DNA of 64,000 nucleotides from Myxococcales bacterium. GTDB taxonomy: Bacteria > Myxococcota_A > Polyangia > Polyangiales > Polyangiaceae. Where the stretch lies: the NCBI GenBank assembly GCA_043747615.1, contig JAYTOU010000052.1:1-64000 (forward strand), read 5' to 3'. Both the position numbers and the translations under genes were made by a program. A model generated the notes under the pieces. The model was not told the DNA's origin. It did no database searches and saw only the letters and a list, made by a program, of their open reading frames with translations. Positions 57,552 through 64,000 of the stretch are shown piece by piece (the stretch's first letter is position 1; each line of letters begins with the position of its first letter).

Positions 57552-58253
57552 CTACGGCAGCAAGCGCCCCAACACCGTGGCGACGATGTCGCGTTTTCGC
57601 TCCTCGAGGAACTCCGGGGAGCGGAAATCGACGGCCCAGAGGCCGCGAACGAACGGCTCTTCCATGACGGTGATGCTGGTCATTGCCAGGGTCGACACGC
57701 ATAGCTGACGCGCGTTCACGTCCGGGCGAATTTTTCCGATCGCTCGCAGCTCGTCGATCGTGAGGACCACTGCATCGAATACCGGCTTCACACGCGCGGA
57801 GATCATCGCTTCGGCGATCGAAGGTCCCGTCGACGGACCGGTCGCTCCTTCGTGGCGCATGATCGCCAAGATCGCCCCATGCGAGACGTAGAATCGCGTG
57901 AGAAGTTCGACGAACGCGGCGACGAGTGGGCGGATCTTCGAAACGTCGAGCGGCCGCGCAAGACGCGCGAGAATGTCGAAGCCTTCGGCCGTCATCACGT
58001 CCAGGGCGCGATCGATCACTTCGCGATAGATCCCCGCTTTGTCCGAAAAATAATGGTGGATCAGCGCTTGCTGCGCTTGAGCAGCCCGCGCGATGGCTCC
58101 GAGGCGCGCGCCAGCGAAACCCTTGGCGGCAAACTCCGCTTCCGCAGCGTCGAGCAACCGCCGCTTCGTCTCCGTCGCGTTGCGTTCTCGCTTCGGTGGC
58201 GACTCGAGGGCGCCCGCGTCGTTCACCCTGGGGTAGGGCCGAGGGGAGAGCAT
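57552..58253 (-). CDS. TetR/AcrR-family transcriptional regulator
   Basis: 'LLDAA..EFA.KGF.G..L..IA..A.....LI.HYF.DK'; TAATG overlap with the upstream gene. Confidence 0.92.
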   Translation of the reverse strand: MLSPRPYPRVNDAGALESPPKRERNATETKRRLLDAAEAEFAAKGFAGARLGAIARAAQAQQALIHHYFSDKAGIYREVIDRALDVMTAEGFDILARLARPLDVSKIRPLVAAFVELLTRFYVSHGAILAIMRHEGATGPSTGPSIAEAMISARVKPVFDAVVLTIDELRAIGKIRPDVNARQLCVSTLAMTSITVMEEPFVRGLWAVDFRSPEFLEERKRDIVATVLGRLLP

Positions 58254-59305
58254 TAGGCGCTCGCTTCCCAGGTCTCGTACTCGATGACCCCGAGCTCCTC
58301 GAACCCGCGTCGCACGTACGGCGTGAGCAGCCCAAGGCGTTTCACGTTGGGGACGATCTTGCTGAAGAGGAGCTTGCGGAAGATGGCCATCATCTCCGAG
58401 CTGGCAGCGGCCTCTTCACACTCTTTTTGGGGAAGCCCCACGCGCTCCCAGACGTCTTGTCCGAGGAAGCGATCGCGCAATAGACGCGAGCTCTCGATGA
58501 TGAAGTCTTCCCGGTCGCGAAGCTCGTTGGGCGCCATTTCGATGTAGACGTCCTTCAAGGAGAGCACGCCGAAGGCCACGTGCCGCGATTCGTCTTGCAT
58601 GATCATGTGGGTGATCTGCTTGATGAGCGGCTCGGTCGACGTCTGGTGCACGAAGCCGAACGCGCCGAGCGCGACCCCTTCCACCATAATCTGCATGCCG
58701 AGATATTTGAAGTCCCAGCGCGAGTCGGTGAGGATCGTGTCGAGGAGTGTCTTGAGGTAAGGGCTGATCGGGTAAATGAGCTCGTATTTTTCGCGTAGGT
58801 AGCGGTCGTAGACTTCGACGTGGCGCGCTTCGTCGAAGACCTGTGCGGCGGCGTAGAACTTCGCGTCGGGCGTCGGCGCCGCATTGACGATCTGTGAGGT
58901 GGCGAGAAGCGCACCTTGTTCACCGTGCAGGAAATTCGAGATCACGTACGAGCCCATGTGGCGGCGCAGATTCGGCAGACCGCGCTTCTTGTCGAGCTTG
59001 TCCCACACCTTCGTTCCGAAGAGCGGGTTCAGCTGATCCGGCGTGTTCTCGGCCTCGGGATCCACCTTGGCGTCCCAGTCGAGGTAGGTCCGCGGGTTCC
59101 ACATCATGTCCTTCGACTTCTCGTAAAGCGCTCGAAGGTCAGCGCGCTGCGTCGAGTAATCCCAGGTGTAGGTCAGCGGAAAGGCGACGTTGATCTGCTC
59201 GGTGCCGCGCGGGCCGTCTTTCGCGGGGACGGCGCTCGCCTCGGCAAGGGCCGCGTAGGGCGTGTGAGAGCCGGGGAGAAAAACGGGCTGGGACGCATTG
59301 GCCAT
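58253..59305 (-). CDS. Ferritin-like di-iron protein (AurF/N-oxygenase-like family)
   Basis: 'LHGEQGA', 'DEARH', 'VEG' and 'DESRH' give two E...ExxH sets; SD AGGAGG. Confidence 0.85.
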   Translation of the reverse strand: MANASQPVFLPGSHTPYAALAEASAVPAKDGPRGTEQINVAFPLTYTWDYSTQRADLRALYEKSKDMMWNPRTYLDWDAKVDPEAENTPDQLNPLFGTKVWDKLDKKRGLPNLRRHMGSYVISNFLHGEQGALLATSQIVNAAPTPDAKFYAAAQVFDEARHVEVYDRYLREKYELIYPISPYLKTLLDTILTDSRWDFKYLGMQIMVEGVALGAFGFVHQTSTEPLIKQITHMIMQDESRHVAFGVLSLKDVYIEMAPNELRDREDFIIESSRLLRDRFLGQDVWERVGLPQKECEEAAASSEMMAIFRKLLFSKIVPNVKRLGLLTPYVRRGFEELGVIEYETWEASA

Positions 59306-59320
59306 TTGTGAAACCTCCTA

Positions 59321-59338
59321 ATTAACTTTTTAGTTAAT
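59321..59338. promoter_or_regulatory. Probable TetR operator
   Basis: Perfect inverted repeat ATTAACT-N4-AGTTAAT between TTGACC (minus strand, 59355-59350) and the SD. Confidence 0.7.
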
Positions 59339-59385
59339 AAGTAACGCGCGGTCAACAACGATGAGGCGCGTCGATAAAAAGGCAG

Positions 59386-61152
59386 TCATCGGCGAATGAT
59401 CTTCAGGTTCCGGACCGTCGCGGGAGGGCCATTTATGCCGCCGCTGAGACCGACGACTACCCGAAGGTCCGGAGGAAGCTGGGCATCGCAAACCACGGGA
59501 GGCAGAGCGTCGATGCGGACTTTCACTAGAGCCGCGTCGCGCTCGATCGTGAGATGGGCGCCTGTCCCCATGAGCGGGCAGGTGGCGCCGCCGATTTGAA
59601 ATTGCACCCCCTTCGCGTCCCGCAAGATCACGACGGGGAGATGGTCGGGAGCGGCGTCGAGGTCGAGCGTGAAGTTCGCGAAGGTTGCGTCGGTGACGAA
59701 CACGCTACCGAGGGTGAGCGCAAAGCCGTTCGCGGGGCTGAAGGAGATCGCGCCCGAGGTCGTAAGGCGATCAGGCGCGAAGAACGTGGTGTCGCCGAAG
59801 AGCGGGCTCGGCTCCGTCGCGAACGCACCGCGCGTCGAAAAACGAATGCCCTCGATGGAGCTGGTCTTGCGGTTGATCCAGAGTGCAAGCCCGTTGTCGG
59901 GGCTGAGCACGGCGTCGCCTGCCCCCGACGCAGCCTGCGCTTCGACGAAGGGAGTGAACTCGCCGCCGTTCGTCCAGGGATCCCAGCGTAGCCAGCGATC
60001 CCCCGTCCACAGGAGCGGCGAGCCGTTCGTGCCCGGGAAAAGACGCACCTTGGTGAGCGCGCCGGTGATCCGAGTCGCCGACTGCACGCTCATGTCGGCG
60101 CTGATCACGTAGACGTTTTGAAGCTCCGGAAGGTCTGGGGCGACCACGCCGAGCGCGCCTCCGCCCGGCAAGGCGACGAACCCCGTCTCTTTGGCGGCGA
60201 AAATCTCGATCTGTTTTACCCCTTTCGTCGCGTCGGCCGACAACCACTCGAGCATGCCGATGGGCTTTCCTGCGCCGTCAAAACCACCCGCCACCAAGAT
60301 CTGCCCCGAGGCCAGACGGAGCACCGACGGATTCTTTCGCGGCACGCGCAGCGGCTCGAGACCAAGCGAGCGCGACCGCCGTGTTGCGGGATCCACGATC
60401 GTGAGCTTCGCCTCCGGAGGTCCGAGGCCAAGTCCGGTCGAGCCTCCAACGAGCAAAGTCTCACCCGACGCGAGGACAACGGCCGCGTGGTCTTGCCGCG
60501 CGACTCCGAGATTGATGGACGCGCTCTCGAAGGCCCCGTGCGTGAACACGTCGGCCGATCTCGGATCACCCTCGCCGCCAGCCACGAGCGTTCCTTCGGC
60601 GAAGGAGGTGATCGTCGCTCCTTGGCGCGACGTGGCGACGTCCGGCGAAATCCCGGTCACCACACCCGTGGCGAGGTCGACGATCATGCTCTGCGAATTC
60701 TGGCTGACCACGAGCAGATGCCGTGGATCCACGACCCCGAGCGTCGGCCCCCCCGGAAGCGCAAGGGGCAGCGCGCAGCTCGCACCAACGGGCCACGCGA
60801 GCACGTCGACGGGACCAGTGGAGCTGACGTCGGCGAGTCCGCGCCAGTGCGATTCTCCGCTCGAAAAAAGATCGATGGTCAGCGCTCGGGTCTGCGGCAG
60901 GAGCCCGAGCTGGGCTCCGAGATCATCTAGAAAATGACCGTCGTTGCCGAGGTTGACCGCGGAAGGTTGGAAATCCCCGGTGCCGAAAAAGAGCCCGTAC
61001 GCGTGGGTGGGAACCGCGCACGCAGGGAGAGAATGCACGGTGATGACCCGGTCTTCCACCGCGGGAGTCTTCTTGCATCCGACGAGTCCGATGACGAGAG
61101 CCGCCCAGAAATGGGCTCGCCTGCTAGAATGGAATCCTAAGCCTTTCCTCAA
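59386..61152 (-). CDS. Kelch-repeat beta-propeller lipoprotein
   Basis: 'R..HAAV.LASG..L.VGG' and 'LASGQILVAGG' repeats; lipobox LVGC. Start uncertain. Confidence 0.75.
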   Translation of the reverse strand: MRKGLGFHSSRRAHFWAALVIGLVGCKKTPAVEDRVITVHSLPACAVPTHAYGLFFGTGDFQPSAVNLGNDGHFLDDLGAQLGLLPQTRALTIDLFSSGESHWRGLADVSSTGPVDVLAWPVGASCALPLALPGGPTLGVVDPRHLLVVSQNSQSMIVDLATGVVTGISPDVATSRQGATITSFAEGTLVAGGEGDPRSADVFTHGAFESASINLGVARQDHAAVVLASGETLLVGGSTGLGLGPPEAKLTIVDPATRRSRSLGLEPLRVPRKNPSVLRLASGQILVAGGFDGAGKPIGMLEWLSADATKGVKQIEIFAAKETGFVALPGGGALGVVAPDLPELQNVYVISADMSVQSATRITGALTKVRLFPGTNGSPLLWTGDRWLRWDPWTNGGEFTPFVEAQAASGAGDAVLSPDNGLALWINRKTSSIEGIRFSTRGAFATEPSPLFGDTTFFAPDRLTTSGAISFSPANGFALTLGSVFVTDATFANFTLDLDAAPDHLPVVILRDAKGVQFQIGGATCPLMGTGAHLTIERDAALVKVRIDALPPVVCDAQLPPDLRVVVGLSGGINGPPATVRNLKIIRR

Positions 61153-61161
61153 GCCCCGCTA

Positions 61162-62760
61162 ATGTACCCCCAAGTCTTCGGTAAGTACGTGCTTGAACGC
61201 GAGCTCGCGCGGGGCGGGATGGCGCGCGTGCTCCTGGCCACGCTGCGGGGGGCGGGCGGCTTCGAGAAAAGGCTGGTCGTAAAGCAGATCCGCGATGAGC
61301 TCGCCTTCGATCAAGAGTTCGTGCGCCGCTTCGTGGAAGAAGCGAAGACGACCGTTGCCCTCAGTCATCCGAACATCGTGCCCGTGTACGAGCTCGGTGT
61401 CGTGGAAGGGACGTACTTTTTGGCGATGGAGCTGGTGGAAGGGGTGAGCGTGGCCGAGCTCCTCGAAGGAGAGAACGGCGAGCGCGGGCGCCTCTCGCCA
61501 GAAGAAGGCGCGTACATCGGCGCGGAGATCTGTCGCGCCCTCGACTACGCGCATCGGCGCATGCAGGTCGTGCATCGCGACATCACCCCGCGCAACGTGA
61601 TGGTGGACGAAGAAGGGCAGATCAAGCTCATCGATTTCGGAATCGCTGCGCGCGCGAAAGCCCTCAAAAACGAGGTCTTCGGCTCTCCGGGGCACATGCC
61701 GCCCGAGCAAATGGAAGGCAAGCCGCTCGGTCCGCCGACGGATCTTTTCGCCGTCGCGGTGTTGATGATGGAAGCCTGGAGCGGCCGCGCACCCTTCCGA
61801 CGCAAGACACCGGAGGGATGCGAAGAGGCGCTCCATGCGCCGCACCCGGTCCCAAGCGCGATCGACATTCGCCTCCTCCCGATCGATGCGCCGATAACGA
61901 GCGCGATGGCTCTCGACCCCGCAGACCGACCGCAGCAAGCAGACGATCTCGGGCGAGCGCTCCGCAAATTTCTGCACGGGATCGATCTCGGCGACGTCGC
62001 TCGCGGCCTCGGTGATCGCGTTCGCCTTACGCGGCAGCGCGCGCAGGACCACGCGAAGGATGCCCGCGACAGCGGGTCGGAGCCGCTGGCGAGCGTTGAC
62101 GGGGAGCTCGTCACCAAAACCTTTGCTGCGCGGAAAGAGATGCAGAAGTGGAGCGATCCGCCGCCGGCCATGGGCGAAGGGACACGCAAGATCCCGCTGA
62201 GCGAAGCGCCCGTGAAGATCGAAACGGTGGCCACGCGGCCGCTCGAAACACCGGTGAAAGCTCCGGTGACGACGAAAGCGCCGGCGCGCCATGTGCGGGG
62301 CTGGGCCATGGCGGCAATGGCGCTGGCGGCGATCGCTGGAGTCTCGTTGGCGTTCACGAAGACGCCGCGAGCGCCCGTCGGAAGCGCGCTTTTGGACTCC
62401 GTTCCGGCGCCACCGGCTTCGGCCACGCCAGCAGCGAGCTTCACGGTCGCGCCCGCACCATCCGCCATCGCCTTACCGGCGGTGACCGCTGCCGCACCGA
62501 TGAGCGCTTCGGCGGCGAAGGCCACCGGACACTTCGCGCTCTACGGCGATCCCGGAACGGAGGTCTCGGTCGACGGCATCGCCCGCGGAAAATGCCCGGT
62601 CCGCGACGTGGAAGTCGAGCCAGGGTCGCATGACGTACGTTTCAATTTCGATCCCACCGGAGAGTCCCACGGCGAGCGCATCCCCATCACCGCGGGGGCG
62701 CGCGTCACGGTGCGCGCGGACTTCACCGGGGCAACACCGACGCTTCGCGTTCAGCGCTGA
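61162..62760 (+). CDS. Membrane Ser/Thr kinase with a C-terminal PEGA-like domain
   Basis: 'FGKY', RGGMA, 'GFEK..VVK', HRDITPRN, DFG, a TM segment and 'PG.EV.VDG..RG..P'. Confidence 0.92.
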   Translation: MYPQVFGKYVLERELARGGMARVLLATLRGAGGFEKRLVVKQIRDELAFDQEFVRRFVEEAKTTVALSHPNIVPVYELGVVEGTYFLAMELVEGVSVAELLEGENGERGRLSPEEGAYIGAEICRALDYAHRRMQVVHRDITPRNVMVDEEGQIKLIDFGIAARAKALKNEVFGSPGHMPPEQMEGKPLGPPTDLFAVAVLMMEAWSGRAPFRRKTPEGCEEALHAPHPVPSAIDIRLLPIDAPITSAMALDPADRPQQADDLGRALRKFLHGIDLGDVARGLGDRVRLTRQRAQDHAKDARDSGSEPLASVDGELVTKTFAARKEMQKWSDPPPAMGEGTRKIPLSEAPVKIETVATRPLETPVKAPVTTKAPARHVRGWAMAAMALAAIAGVSLAFTKTPRAPVGSALLDSVPAPPASATPAASFTVAPAPSAIALPAVTAAAPMSASAAKATGHFALYGDPGTEVSVDGIARGKCPVRDVEVEPGSHDVRFNFDPTGESHGERIPITAGARVTVRADFTGATPTLRVQR

Positions 62761-62791
62761 GCGAAGCACCGCGGCGTGCTAACAAGCAAGC

Positions 62792-63955
62792 ATGCCCGAC
62801 TTTTTCGATCTCTCGCGCCACCTCACGGACGAAGAGCGCACGATCCGCGGAACCGTCCGAAGCTTCGTCGACGCCCACGTCCTGCCGACCATCGCCGATC
62901 ACTTCGAGAGCGGAACCTTCCCGGTCGATCTCATTCCGAAGATCGCGGAGCTCGGTTTACTTGGCTGCAATCTGCAAGGATATGGCTGTGCCGGACTGAG
63001 TGAGATCGGCTACGGCGTGGCTATGCAGGAGCTCGAGCGCGGAGACTCGGGCATCCGCAGCTTCGCGAGCGTGCAAGGCAGCCTGGTCATGTACCCGATT
63101 CACGCCTTCGGCTCCGAGGCGCAAAAAGAGCATTATCTGCCCAAAATGGCGAAGGGCGAGATCCTCGGTTGCTTCGGTTTGACCGAGCCGGATTGGGGCT
63201 CAAACCCGAACGGCATGATCACCGTGGCCAAGGAAGACGGCGACAGCTGGGTGCTCAACGGAACGAAGCGCTGGATCACGAACGGAAACCTCGCGCACGT
63301 CGCCCTCGTCTGGGCGAAGGTCGGAAACAGCAGCGGCGAGGTGCGCGGCTTTCTCGTCCCCACCGACACGAAGGGCTTCGAGGCCCGAGTGATCCACAAG
63401 AAGATGAGCCTCCGGGCGAGCGTGACCAGCGAGCTGATTTTAGAAGACGTGCGCATTCCCAAAGACGCCGTCTTACCTGGCGTCCGTGGCATGAAGGGGC
63501 CGCTCTCGTGCCTGACGAGCGCGCGCTTCGGAATTGCCTGGGGCGTCATCGGAGCCATGACCGCCTGCTTCGACTCCGCGCTCGACTACGCCAAGCATCG
63601 CGTGCAGTTTGCAAACAAACCGATCGCCTCCCATCAGCTGGTGCAGGCCAAGTTCGCGGAGATGCTCACCCAGATCTCGAACTCGCAGCTCCAGGTGCTC
63701 GAGGTCTCTCGCCTGAAGGCCGAGAAGAAGCTCCGCCCTCAGCACGTGAGCATGATCAAAAGACACAACGTCCGCGCTGCTCTCGAGATAGCGCGCACCT
63801 GCCGAGACATCCTCGGCGGCAACGGAATTACCCTGGAATACCCGGTGATGCGTCACCTCTGCAATCTCGAGACGGTGTCGACGTACGAAGGCACCCACGA
63901 CGTGCACACCTTGATTCTGGGGCAAGACGTCACTGGAATTTCTGCCTTCGAGTGA
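62792..63955 (+). CDS. Acyl-CoA dehydrogenase, glutaryl-CoA dehydrogenase-like
   Basis: 'ELERGDSG.RS..SVQ.SL', 'CFGLTEPD.GS', 'SLRASVT', 'LGGNGI' and 'TYEGT'. Confidence 0.9.
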   Translation: MPDFFDLSRHLTDEERTIRGTVRSFVDAHVLPTIADHFESGTFPVDLIPKIAELGLLGCNLQGYGCAGLSEIGYGVAMQELERGDSGIRSFASVQGSLVMYPIHAFGSEAQKEHYLPKMAKGEILGCFGLTEPDWGSNPNGMITVAKEDGDSWVLNGTKRWITNGNLAHVALVWAKVGNSSGEVRGFLVPTDTKGFEARVIHKKMSLRASVTSELILEDVRIPKDAVLPGVRGMKGPLSCLTSARFGIAWGVIGAMTACFDSALDYAKHRVQFANKPIASHQLVQAKFAEMLTQISNSQLQVLEVSRLKAEKKLRPQHVSMIKRHNVRAALEIARTCRDILGGNGITLEYPVMRHLCNLETVSTYEGTHDVHTLILGQDVTGISAFE

Positions 63956-64000
63956 GGCGTCAACACGACATGAACGTCTCGGCGAGCGCGTTGGTCTGAC

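Noticed and set aside
1687..62340. Frequent GCGATCGC (HIP1-like) octamers, for example at 1687, 3665, 6368, 6917, 13265, 14054 and 28461
   Set aside because: Plausibly explained by Ala-Ile-Ala codons and the strong CG/TCGA bias. A Markov-corrected genome-wide count is needed before claiming enrichment or a link to the methyltransferase.
1..64000. Many long overlapping or antisense ORFs (for example 13529-15007 +, 48106-50253 -, 56203-58335 -, 29120-30700 -)
   Set aside because: Shadow ORFs expected at high GC. They are Arg/Ala/Gly-rich, lack motifs and overlap well-supported genes.
1..64000. tRNA, rRNA, prophage or IS elements
   Set aside because: No cloverleaf/T-loop signatures, rRNA-like tracts, or integrase, transposase or phage structural motifs were recognised by eye.
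63970..64000. Start of a further plus-strand gene (MNVSASALV...)
   Set aside because: Only about 10 codons are visible, so no function can be supported.

Overview
A GC-rich, gene-dense 64 kb chromosomal segment. Gene content points to Myxococcota, probably Polyangiales/Sorangiineae: type IV pilus pilMNOP, three Hanks-type Ser/Thr kinases, Cys-rich lipoproteins and kelch/RCC1 proteins. This taxonomy is inferred from content, not from a search. About 57 genes can be supported, mostly housekeeping (rluD-like, argD, rlmI-like, lnt, HU, ybeY, fsa/tal, rnr, trpS, glmS, ald, pyrD, acyl-CoA dehydrogenase). I found no rRNA, tRNA, CRISPR array, integrase or transposase. The most unusual observations are: (1) a signalling block at about 10.9-20.5 kb with a P1B-ATPase-like protein lacking its catalytic motifs, a kinase-HEAT fusion, a coupled degenerate HD-GYP/TPR protein and a convergent Zn-ribbon kinase; (2) a 34-codon tandem-repeat mini-ORF, absent from the ORF track, that bridges the pilM stop and pilN start with 4-nt overlaps at both ends; (3) a PolX with a dead-looking polymerase site and an intact PHP domain; (4) an orphan FliA-like sigma factor behind a sigma54-like promoter; (5) a stand-alone GT2-C45-LolA operon; (6) repeated signatures of leaderless transcription. 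All protein-family calls come from motif recognition by eye; no database search was run.
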